Assembly: GCA_030390025.1 (NCBI GenBank)
Contig: CM059432.1
Coordinates: 80,292,001 to 80,356,000, forward strand
DNA length: 64,000 bases
Direction of reading: 5' to 3'
DNA from: Squalus acanthias
Taxonomy: Eukaryota
Numbering within the stretch: the first letter of the stretch is position 1; the number at the start of each line of letters is the position of its first letter. Below are positions 12,113 through 23,572 of this stretch, piece by piece. The position numbers and the translations under genes are program-made. The notes below the pieces were generated by a model, which saw only the letters and a program-made list of their open reading frames with translations, did no database searches and was not told the DNA's origin.

Positions 12113-13717
12113 AGTATTAAGGGGTTTAGCATCTTTGAAAGTGGATAAATCCCCAGGCCCGGATGAAATGTATCCCAGACTGTTAAGAGAAGTAAGAGAC
12201 GAAATAGCAGAGGCTTTGACCATCATTTTCCAATCCTCTCTGGCTACAGGTGTGGTGCCAGAGACTGGAGGACTGCTAACATGGTACTGTTGTTTAAAAA
12301 GGGAGAAAGGGATAGATCGAGTAATTACAGGCCAGTCAGCCTAACCTCGGTGGTGGGAAAATGATTGGAAAAAATTCTGAGGAACAGGATAAATCTTCAT
12401 TTAGAAAGACACGGATTAATCAGGGACAGTCAGCATGGATTTGTTAAGGGAAGGTCGTGTCTGACTAACTTGATTCAATTTTTTGAGGAGGTAACAAGGA
12501 GGGTCGATGAGGGTAGTGCATTTGATATAGTCTATATGGACTTTAGCAAGGCTTTTTATAAGGTCCCGCATGGCAGACTGGTCACGAAAGTAAAAGCCCA
12601 TGGGATCCAAGGCAAAGTGGCAAGTTGGATCCAAAATTGGCTCCGAGGCAGGAAATAAAGGGTAATGGTCGAAGGGTGTTTTTATGACTGGAAGGCTATT
12701 TCCAGTGGGGTTCCGCAGGGCTCAGTACTGGATCCTTTGCATTTTGTGGTATATATCAATGATTTAGACTTCAATGTAGGGGGCACAATTAAGAAGTTTG
12801 CAGATGATACAAAAATTAGCTGTGTGGTTGATAATGAAGAAGAAAGCTGCAGACTGCAGGAAGATATCAATGGACTGGTCAGGTGGGCAGAACAGTGGCA
12901 AATGGAATTCAATCTGGAGAAGTGTGAGGTAATGCATTTGGGGAGGGCTAACAAGGCAAGGGAATACACTATAAATGGTAAGACACTGAGAAGTGCAGCA
13001 GATCAGAGGGACCTTGGAGTGCATGTCCACAGATCCCTGAAGGTAGCAGGACAGGTAGATAAGATGGTTAAGAAGGCATACAGGACACTTGCCTTTATTA
13101 GCCGAGGCATAGAATATAAGAGCAGGGAGGTTATGCTTGAACTATATAAAACACTAGTTAGGCCGCAGCTAGAATACTGCGTGCAGTTCTGGTCACCACA
13201 TTACAGGAAGGATGTGATTGCACTAGAGGGGGTGCAGAGGAGATTTACGAGGATGTTGCCTGGGCTGGGGAATTTTAGCTAGGAGGAAAGATTGGATAGG
13301 CTGGGGTTGTTTTCTTTGGAACAGAGGAGGCTGACGGGAGACCTAATTGAGGTGTATAAAATTATGAGGGGCCTAGATAGAGTGGATAGGAAGGACCTAT
13401 TTCCCTTAGCAGAAGAGTCAAGAACCAGGGACATAGATTTAAAGTAATTGGTCGGAAGTTTAGAGGGGATTTGAGGAGAAATTTTTTCACCCAGAGCGTG
13501 GTGGGGATCTGGAACTCACTGCCTGAAAGGGTGGTAGAGGCAGAAACCCTCATCACATTTAAAAAGTACTTGGATATGCACTTGAAGTGCCATAACCTAC
13601 AAGGCTGTGGACCAAGAGCTGGAAAGTGGGATTAGGGTGGATAGTTCTTTGTCGGCCGGCACGGACAAGATGGGACGAATGGCCTCCTTCTGTGCTGTAA
13701 ATTTCTATGATTCTATG
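12113..13717 (+). mobile_element. CR1 LINE, 5'-truncated, nested
   Basis: 'KSPGPD', 'MDFSKAF', 'FADD', 'EYCVQFWSPHY'; tail TTCTATGATTCTATG. Confidence 0.93.
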
Positions 13718-13968
13718 ACCATAAAGTTCCCCTCCAAGTCACACACCATCCTGACTTGGAAATATATCGCCGTTCCTTTGTCACTGGGTCAAAATCCTGG
13801 AACTCCCTCCCTAACAGCACTGTGGGAGTACCTTCACCACACGGACTGCAGCGGTTCAAGAAGGCGGCTCATCACCACCTTCTCAAGGGCAATTAGGGAT
13901 GGGCAATAAATGCTGGCCTTGCCAGCGACGCCCAGATCCCATGAACAGATAAAAATAAAAATAAAAAA
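13718..13968 (+). mobile_element. 3' end of the second-family LINE split by CR1
   Basis: AAGTTCCCCTCCAAGTCACAC...GGGCAATAAATGCTGGCCTTGCCAGCGACGCC plus A-rich tail, as at 31050-31286. Confidence 0.85.
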
Positions 13969-14635
13969 GTTAGCATCACACCTTCTTTAAAATAATATTA
14001 CATTGTGGTCTTCACAGGAAACTGATGACAGTGAATATGATTTCTGTGACTGAAACAGAGTACCAGACCTGATAGCGCGTAAAAAATAAAGTTGCACTTC
14101 AGTTATTGTATGAGCTGGAAAAAAAAACATGACATCTCTCTCTTCTCCATATCTCTATATCATATTCTATGTATAATGTTATCATTCATTGTGCAGATAT
14201 GTTTTATTTATTTTAATATAGTTTTATTAGAAATAATTCCAAGTGTTGAAAGCTCTTTAACAGCATACATCATGTGACTGCATCACCAACCTCTTGAGGT
14301 GACTGGGTGTCATTTTGAAACTCTCCTGAGCAAAGATTATGAAATTCACAGGGCTGTTTCAGCCTTAAATGATACTTATTTCACCGCTAAATGATCCAGT
14401 CAGTATGAACTTCATCACATGCTATATAAATACAAAAAGTTACAATGACAGTGAAATATGATTTATTTTTCCATGACTTATATTTTCTCTCATTCTGTAG
14501 TGATAAATCTTTATTCTGTCTGTTTCTTACTTTATTATGGTGATTTTTTTTATACTGATCAAAATTTAGAGGTCCTGCTGCTGGGGAATGGAACAATTTT
14601 CCATTGTTTCTACTCCGTGTCAGCATCAGACACTT

Positions 14636-16464
14636 TGGCCGCGATTTCCCCTACCTGGGCGGGACCGTGGCGGGCAATGTCGGTGGCGGGTCCCGACCCC
14701 GCTGCTCGCTCCATCCCGGCCTCTGAAATGAAATTCCCCTGATTGGGTTTGTTAAGCCCATCCAACACGTTTGCTGGCCAATTGAAGGAAGCGGGTCTGA
14801 TGACGTCATTTGATGACACGTCATCAGCCGGTTTCCTTAAAGGGACCATGCGCAAATTTACTTTGACAGTTGTGCTGTCAGTGTTCTACAGCATTGAGGT
14901 GTTGCAGACACTGACAAGCACTGCACAGCGGTGCACGGCTGCACCCAGGCTCTCCCATGAGTCCCTCCATATGCTTATGGAGGGAGTCACAGCACACAGG
15001 GAGGTTCTCTTCCCTTCCAATAGGCGGAAGAGATGTCCCCAGGAGATCAACGCAGCCTGGTTGCACATTGCACAGGAGGACACAAGCAGGGATGTCGTTA
15101 GGAGGACCAGGCTGCAGTGGCGCAAACCTTTCAATGATCTCAGTAGATCACCAAACGTTACTGCAAAGCCACACTCAACCTCATCCTGCTGTGCCACTCA
15201 TCACATCGCCATCACTCTGCCTTCCCTACCCTACTCCTGCACATCCTTATTCACACCAACTTACCTTGCACCTCCACCCATCCCTCTCTATCTACATTAT
15301 CACTTCCCCATCTCAGTAGCCACCCCTCACACTCACCTTCATTCTAGTCCAATCATACCAACTAACAACACACAAGGGTAGGCACTTGGGTGTTTTAGCC
15401 AATGTTCATGTGAAGTTTCTGTTAATGTGCTGTCAAACATTGAAATCTTTATTTTCAACACTTTCTGTTCTTGGACAGACTTGTGTGCACCTTTGGAAGT
15501 TCCTTAGTAAGTTGCAGTGAATGGTGAGACATAACAGTACCCCTCGCAATGCTGATGAGTGTGAAAGGAATGGCTTGGGCATTGTAGGGATGCTTTATGG
15601 TGTTGGTGTGGAGTGGTGCCAAACTGGCGCATCATGTGGCAGCCAGGGTGTGCAGCGTCAAGTGAAGTAAATCTGGCCATGGTGAAGCCATCCCTGGCCT
15701 CCCGGGGCTGAATGGCCTACTCCTGCTCCTATTTCTTATGTTCTTATGTTCAATGTGGTCGGGTGCTGATGCCCTCTGTCCTGTGCAGCATCAGGTGATT
15801 GTGGAGAAGGTTGGTGTGGTTGTTGGTGCTGCTGGTGTGCCTGGTGATGCTGGTGTGGCGGCTGATTGTGGTCAGATTCTGAGGACCAAGGTGAGAGAGT
15901 ATAAACCATACCCATGCTGATGGAATAGATGGCAGGTGAACTTGAGATGACAGAAGCAATCTGTCAGTGGTGAGAGAGGTTGTTCCAATGAGATGACACT
16001 GGATAGAGAGTTTGCTCCACATACTTGCAACCTGCATAAAGCTCAATCTGTCTCCCAAATGCAGTAACCAACAGCTTCTGAGCTTGGAAAGTGAACAGCT
16101 ATGAGATGGGAACTTTTATAGCACAGTTCAAGATGTTAAGTAATGAGATGATCCCATGGCCATTCAACTCCCGCCCAGCTTAACAGACGTGATCCCCGAG
16201 CAGCGTGGACCCCGTTGGCGAACTGGTAAATTCTAAAGGTGAGCTCAAAATTGTGGCTAATCCTCTGTTAACAAGGTCATAATGACCTGAATTGCCTCCC
16301 CCGCCGCTGCCTGTCGGGTCTGCTCAGCGCTGACAGACCCAACATTTGGTAAAGGCGCGTGGTGGCGGGTTGACAGCGGGGTCCCGACCCACTGTCAAAA
16401 AAAATCACTTTCGCACCCGACCCGCCACTGATCCCACCCGCTGACCCCCAGAAAATTCCCCCGT
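14636..16464 (+). mobile_element. PIF/Harbinger-derived element with Myb/SANT-like (MSANTD-type) ORF remnant
   Basis: 'APRLSHESLHMLMEGV...VLFP...AAWLHIA...RRTRLQWRKPFNDL' at about 14930-15150. GC-rich subterminal repeats GGCGGGTCCCGACC near both ends. A CR1 3' tip is inserted at about 15703-15750. Confidence 0.75.
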
Positions 16465-17721
16465 GTTCTTTTTCCAAGCAACATGTGTTAACTCTTAGAT
16501 TGTCCAAATGTCCAAAGAAATTCCTACATTCTGGGCTGTCCATTTTTTCCCCAGTAATTTGCTGGTGTTGAAATAAACCCTAATATTACAGATATAAAGC
16601 TATTCAGATGTCATGTATAGCTTTTATTAGTATATTACCCCAAACTGCTAAATATACATTTAAAATACAATTTAAGTCAACACAAAAAACATCAATTGTC
16701 CTTGTCTTCCCTATTTTCCTTTATTCCACATTTTCTTCAATCTATTTATAGTATTTTTTACTTTTGCATTATTTCTCTCTAATATCTATTATAGCCCAAT
16801 TTTTGCTAAAAAAATAAATACACTTTTCTATTTTTCCCTGACCCTAATAGGTGCGAACCAATTCCAAAGAATAAGCCTATGATTGGCTGAACTTGTGCTC
16901 CAAAACCTGGTTCGTCATCCACTCAAAACTATGACCAATGGACTCCTGCTACCATTTAACAAGTTATCTTGCTGGAAATCTCACCCCAATTATATAACTC
17001 ATCAGAGGATCACTAATGATCAATCTCAATCTTAGATCCTATGGCATCAGTGTCAATTCTATCATTTCCAAGGCCAGATATCCTAATGGCCTCTGTGAAT
17101 AAGGTTGTCAGTTTTGTCTCAGACTAGTGGTTGCAGTATGGGTTCCAACCAGTGCAGTACCCTGCTTACACTGCCTGGCTGGATTGCCAACAATCCTGCC
17201 AGGAGAGAGCTCTTCTCATATATGGTTCCAACATGCACACGCAGAGCTTTCTCCCAATAGTTAAACTCATTGCTCTCTAAACATTTAATTTAGAGTCAGG
17301 AAGGCAAACAGGTTTGACAATGCACAGGATTTACACTCTATGTGCTGTCATACCAAACTGGTGTAAAACTCTCTCCTCCAGCGAATCTTGCATCACCTCT
17401 CTCTGAGTCCAGATTTATATTGCGCGATTAGTGCAGTGCCTTAGAGATGACATCATTTCAGCTCATCAGTTGAGACTAGATTTTATTTGCGTCCTCAGAG
17501 GTGAAAGCGCAAAAGTTCCGATTTTGCATTAGTGGTGCATAGGCACTCTGGTGGCTGCATGTCAGTGCTCCGAGTGGGAGGAGCAACTGTACATAGGGAG
17601 TTTATTGAGATGAAAGGTAGGGGCTTGTTTTACAAAATTCAGTGAGGCTTTCTGCCAATGCAGCGACACCCACATAATGGGTGAGCACTCACCTATTTTG
17701 CGCGATTAGAAAATTAGAGCT

Positions 17722-18430
17722 AATGGGCCAGAAATTCGGCTCCCTGGCTTTCCACGGGTGCAAGGATCGCGCGCGCACCTACCTACCGCGCCTGCCGTTG
17801 ACCTCTGGGCCCATGGGGACTTCAGCTCCTGGGCCTCCTGCAGCTGCCGGCGCACAGTGCTTGTGTATCCCAGGGGCGTAGTTAGTGCGATGCGTCCCCT
17901 GGGATCACGTGGGCCATGGAGAGCCAATGGCAGCAGACCATCTTTCATTCATAGATTTGACAGGAAGACCTGTCAAATCTATGAATACAGATCGGCCCCA
18001 AAACATCCCTAAAACTACAAATAAATTAAAAAAAAAACATCACATTTTTAAAATAACTATAAATTACATTAATTAACTATTTTAAACAAAAATTTAAATT
18101 TTTGAAAAAATTAATTACATTTTTTAACGGGGCTAAAACTAAACTTACCTTTCTTTAAAGTAATTAAAAAAGATAAATCTGTGAAAAAAATGTTTAAATT
18201 TTAATAAAATCAACACTTACCTTGTTAAAAGAAGGCCTTGCGCATCCTTTTTAAAAGTGTATCTTCTCCGTGCTTACCTTCACGGAGGAACCTGTAAAAA
18301 AATCCGAAGTGCGAGGCGAACGCGCTGGCCCTCCGGCGTGCGCATTCGACCTCTGAACCCCTTTCCTCAGGGGAACGGAAGTGCCGGTTTCCCGCGCATG
18401 CGCAGTGCATGCAAGAAACCGGCACTTTTG
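17722..18430. mobile_element. Harbinger-type MITE (family shared with 27917-28663 and 34370-35267)
   Basis: Terminus GGGCCAGAAATTC, internal hairpin ATCCCAGGGG...CCCCTGGGAT, AT-rich core. Confidence 0.6.
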
Positions 18431-18621
18431 TACCATTAATGCTCAACCTCATCTCTCTCTTTCTCATGTGTCCTTCGTTTCTTTATCCATCACGTTTTTC
18501 TTTGCCATTTTTTTCTCTTTTTTGTGTTTTTGGTCTACATTTTGGTGTCCTTGACTTTCATTTTTATTTTTGTCTTTTCCCTCTTTATTTTGTTGTCACC
18601 ATGTACTGTATCACATATAAG

Positions 18622-19361
18622 AGGGGAAAAATTGTGTGGCACCCATTTTGGGGTGCTAATGTCGCCGGGGCGCTAATTTTAGTGCCCCGAAAAAGTTAGC
18701 ACCCCTCCTGCCGTAAATTCAGTAGTAGCGCCCCAAGCAAGAGGTGGGGCACTACTGGAAAGCGCTCCACCTCTTGCTTGGGGCGCTACTACTGAATTTA
18801 CGGCGCTACCTGCAGCAGCGCCACGCACGGCGGCACGTAGCGCTCTGTCATTGCAGGCCTCCGCCCCTGATTAAAGGGGAGGGGCCTAGCGCGGCACGCA
18901 CCGGGGCCCTGCCGGGCCACTGGGGAGCGGGGTGCCATGAAAACAGCCCGGCACTCGAGGAGTGTCGGGCTGAGCAATCGCAGCCGGCACCCTGCATAAA
19001 AAAGGGAAAGGGGGCAGGTGCTGGCAGTCGGCCAAAATAAAAATGGCCGCCTGACAGCTGCCCTTTAACTTGCACTGCCGCCGCTGCCAAACCGCCCCCT
19101 GATCCTGTCACACATATCGTCTGGCTATAGGTCAGGGGACGCAAGGGAAGTTTGCGGCCGGGGCGCAAGCGAGGCGCTGCGCACGGCGATGATGTCATCG
19201 CCGGCGGCGCAGCTTCGCGGGGTGCTACCGCCACCGTTAACCTCCCGCTGAATTTCACGAGAGGCGTTAGTGGCGCCGCGCCCGGACACTAGGGGATTTG
19301 CACCCTGTTAGCGCCCCCCGGGGGCGCTAACGAGAGGCGTAAGCCAACCCAATCTTTCCCT
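18622..19361. mobile_element. GC/CpG-rich Harbinger-type MITE
   Basis: Imperfect TIRs GGGGAAAAATTG / CAATCTTTCCCT and repeated GGGGCGCTAA / TAGCGCCCC motifs. Confidence 0.7.
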
Positions 19362-20169
19362 CAAGAATGCTAAAATCATTATGAGGGAGTTTACTAGAAT
19401 TACATTTTCACAAATTTTCTTAGCTCCAAAGGACATTTTTATATTCAAATAAAATTGTTGCTCTTTTCTTTTTCCCATTCTCTATTAGATTTCTGTCAAA
19501 AAGCTTTTTGGATTTTCTAATCCCTCTCCATTGAAATGTATCTCTGAACAACACTGAAAGCTTCTAACCCTCTGACTATTTGATTTCTAATGTTGTGTGA
19601 ATGAAGTATTTTGCTTGGAGTTCCTGTCCACTGATTATGACTGCCAAAGTAAAACTAGCACTTAAATGAGGCAATATTTCACTAGGCATTTGCAACTGAG
19701 TATATATTTCTGATTCTGATCCAGTACAGTGTACATGGAATCTAAAAGCAGTACTGCTGAACTTGTTGTAAAGGAAAAACAAAATAGATAACACAGAAAT
19801 AAAGCTACAATTTCCATAAACAGAGGATACTTTATGGCAACTAGCGAGAAACAATAACTATCTTCACAATAACGGTAGTGGATAGCTCACGGTGGGCAGC
19901 AAGTAAGCTTAACTCTGTGTACTCTGCAGAACCTGGGAACAGATAGAGAAGAAAGTGGCACACTTCAAGAAATGTGGCAAGGAAACAGCACCCAAGAGTA
20001 CCATGTATCTCATGAACAGCCTAAAGTTGCTTCCTGCAGTGTTGCCTGTGCCACTTGTAGTCCTCATCCATGCTAAGGCCTCACATAACCTCACAGCTTG
20101 TTCTTTACATAGGAGGAGAGGTTACCATTTATAATGTCAGTTAGCATGGGAGCCAGGAAGGGAAGTTGG

Positions 20170-20870
20170 GTGGTAGCAGTCTAGGAGCAATGGGGTGAAG
20201 GGAGCCCAAAGTGGGGTTTTAGGCAAAATGAGCTAGGAGAGAGCTTGAGGGGAAATAGGAGAGATACTAGAGAAAGATGTGGGATCAGGGCCAGGGCAGG
20301 GGGGAGCATGGGGGGAAAGTTTGTGTTTTTCGGCATGGGGAAGCGGGAAGCAGCAGAGGTAACTGAACGTATGGTCTCAATCTTAGTGACAAAGAAATCT
20401 ATGAACACTTTGCACTTGTTGGAGGTGAGGAAGGAAAAGGGTTTCAGGAGACAATTAGAGGGAAAAAAAGGGGGTTATCTTCACCCTCCAGGATGATCCT
20501 GGAGTAGTAGGCAGTTTTAGGAGAGGAGAGTGAGGCCCAATAGAGTTTGGTGTGATTCAGTCAGATCAGTGATGGATAACCAAACCAGTTGTGTGCCAGA
20601 TATGCTCATGTCTGCACCCCTTGGTCTTGAGGGAGTGAAGATAGTGGCCATTTTATGGGGAACAATAAGGATTGGAGAAAGTAAAGGTTTACTGGGGACA
20701 AGGGCATCAAAGGTGAAGGTTAGGGAGTGGTTGAGCAGATTGACAGCTGCAGAAGTATTGTGGTGAATGGAAGACCAAAGGTTATGCAGTTGGGAGTTTG
20801 AAAGTGCAGTTGTAAATGACTTGAGGCAAAGATTTTTCCAGGGGTGGACACAGAAGAAAGTAGGGTTGGA
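20170..20870 (-). mobile_element. Degraded L2-type LINE fragment
   Basis: Minus-strand 'IDFFVTKIETIRS'; homologous to 650-950. Confidence 0.55.
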
Positions 20871-21354
20871 AGAAATGAGCTCTGAAGTCTATGTAGCCAA
20901 ACAACCTTTAATTTTTAACATATTTTCCAAATTATAACAATGATTGCAAAGACTACTATCCCCATGTGTGCCCCTTGTGCCTAAATTCTTACTAATTCAC
21001 ACCCATAACCATTTACTTCTACCTGGTGTTCCCTGACTGACAGGAGGTTGAAAGGTGGATGGCTGAGATATTTCTTCTGGAGCCTTCGAGGATTGACGTG
21101 ACTCTCAGCTCAGTGAAACATATCCCTGAAATCCCACTGATGACAATCTTTCTCTTGTTATAACAAAGGGTTTCGGACCCAGTTCTGAAGCTGTCTTGTG
21201 TTGGCGTTGGTGGGGACCTTAAGGAAGTAAGTGCATTGTCACTCTCATAAGAGACAGCATCATCAGTTACCACTCCTGGTAAAACACTGGTGCTAGGCAC
21301 AGGCTCAGAAATGATTCTGGTTAGTACGAGAATAAACAAAACTGTTCCAATTAG

Positions 21355-21863
21355 GCAAAAAGCAAAATACTGCAGATGCTGGAAACTCTCCATGTCAGAT
21401 AGCATCTGTGCTATCTGTGCTAATAAAAAATGTATCCAAAAGCCAGAGGATGTGTAAATAGTGTCGCAGAATAGCAGAGGGGGAGGGAAGCACGGAAAAT
21501 CTGGCAAAGCGGAGAAGGCTTCAGTGACCTAGGGATATTGTGGAAAAAAAGGCAGGTGACACCATGCACGCAGATCACCCTGCCAGTCGAGCACCAATAG
21601 AGGATCCCTATCCCAAGCATCAACACACAACCTCCCCCCATTCTCGGAAGGGCTAGTGCACTCACCCTTACATTACCAGAACCTGCTGTCCAAGAGAAAA
21701 TGGGATCTATGGTTAAGATCTGAAGTTTTTTAACTCAATGTTAAGGTTGGAAGGCAGTAAAATGCCTAGTAGAAAGATAAGGTACTGTTCTTTGAGCTGG
21801 CATTAAGTTTCACTGGAACAGTGTAGGAAGGAGGCCAAGGACAGAGGGTCAGAATGGGAGTGG
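21355..21863 (-). mobile_element. Degraded Penelope-like element (terminus and GIY-YIG C-terminal part)
   Basis: Reverse PLE end AAAAGCAAAATACTGCAGATGCTGGAAA and reverse 'EQYLIFLLGILLPSNLNIE'. Continues at 22769-22950. Confidence 0.6.
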
Positions 21864-22768
21864 TGTAAAATATGGGCTTTTGAGGGTATTTTGAGGGATT
21901 AGGCTTTGCAAGAGTTAAATGACCCTAAGCTTTTCTCTAAAAGCTACCATTCTGCAAAAACGCACTGCCTTGGATTTTCTGCTGACTGAGTAGGAGCAGC
22001 TTCACAAGTGATCTCGTGATTGCAAAAATACACTTATTATTGCTAGAAAAGCGAGGGAAAGAACCGGGAGACTCAGAGCTGTCTACAGTTTATCTCATCT
22101 CTTTTTATGTCTGTGGGAATGCGCAAACTTTTGTGAACCATTGAAATATAATCTTAACTATAATTCCTTTTTACTATTTTTTTATTATTAAGCTTTGCTC
22201 GATTGTAGTTTAATATTACGATTGCTAGTTTATAGTTTTATTAATTTAGTCTTATTTTTCCTTTGTTAGAATTAGGGAAAAGTATGTTAAAATCTAGATT
22301 TTAATTACAGTTAGAACTTGTTGTCCTCAAGGTCCTGGGTTGCGTCATTACCATGGAAACAGAAAACGAGCACAGAAAAAGCTTGTGCTAAGGCTAAAAA
22401 GCAGATAAGGGAGGCCCAAGGCCTGTGCCTGGACACAGAACTTGCTGTGCCTATGATCGGATGGATTTCTCTGTAGTTCTGGTTTTTGGGGTATAGCCTA
22501 GAAGGTTTGGGTCATTCTCAGTGTAGAAGGGCCAGGAAGGGCACAGACCCGGACAGGTGCAGCGCGTATGCGAGTGGGAGGTACGAGGAATCAACCACGT
22601 CTTCTACCCAAGGGACATTAACGGGTAATATAATTCTCAATTGTACTGCTGCTCAAATACTGAGTATATTAAGTCACACTTCTGCTTAAATAAAATCATA
22701 ACTGTCACCAATATGGAGTCAGCTTCGAACCATTAAAGAGACAATCCAAAGGCAAACTTTTTCTTACA
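21864..22768 (+). mobile_element. Solo LTR (905 bp)
   Basis: TGTAA...TTACA termini; GTGG 4-bp TSD at 21860-21863 and 22769-22772; AATAAA near 22689. It splits a Penelope GIY-YIG region. Confidence 0.85.
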
Positions 22769-22950
22769 GTGGGATGGAGAATTAAAGTGACCAGAAGCTC
22801 AGGGTCACACTTGCAGATGGAATGGAGGTGTTCAGCAAAGCGATCACCCAATCTGTGTTTGGTCTCCCTAATGTATAGGAGACCACATTGTGAGCAGTGA
22901 ATACACTAAATTAGATTGGAAGAAGTCCAGGTAAACAGTTGTCTCACATA
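22769..22950 (-). mobile_element. Penelope-like GIY-YIG endonuclease fragment
   Basis: Reverse 'CIHCSQCGLLYIRETKHRLGDRFAEHL'. Confidence 0.75.
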
Positions 22951-23029
22951 CCTTGGACAACCTTCTGAAGGTATTAACCCCCTTCCTGCACTGTGTGGCA
23001 GCTCATGGGGTGGTGGAGGTTGTCTGTTG

Positions 23030-23530
23030 TAGGCTGGCATGTGCTGCTTTATTATCAGAGATTTGAATTGAGATGAACATTGTGCAATCATCAGCAGCCA
23101 GCCCCACTCCTGAATTGAGGGAGGGAAGTTCATTAAGGAAACAGATAAAGATAGCTGGGTCAAGGATGCTTCCCTGAGGAACTCCTGCAGTGATGTCCTG
23201 GGGCTGTGATTACTGGCTTCTGATGACCACAACCATCGTCCTTTGTGTTAAGTATAACTTCAGCCATTGGAGGATATCTCATTGACCCAGGCTCCTTCAT
23301 GCCATACCCAGTGAAGTGCTGCGTTGTTACCAAAGGCAGCTGCTCTCACCACTCTTCTGGCATTCAGCTCTGGTGTCCATGTCTGGGTCAAGGCTGCGAT
23401 AAAGTCTGCAGCCAAGTGATTCTGAAGGAACCTGAACTGAGCAGGTTATTGGTGAGTCACTTGATGGCATTATTGATGGCTCGTTCCATCACTTTACTGA
23501 TGATTGGGAAGATGCTGATTGGGTGGTAAA
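23030..23530 (-). mobile_element. Old second-family LINE RT fragment
   Basis: Reverse CCCCAGGACATCACTGCAGGAGTTCCTCAGGG matches 11346-11378. Confidence 0.65.
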
Positions 23531-23572
23531 CAATTGAGATAGGACAGATAGAAGCAGACTATTTCCAGTGAT

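Noticed and set aside
18620..19361. Host CpG-island promoter
   Set aside because: The CpG richness is confined between TIRs of a MITE that has a related copy at 2046-2352.
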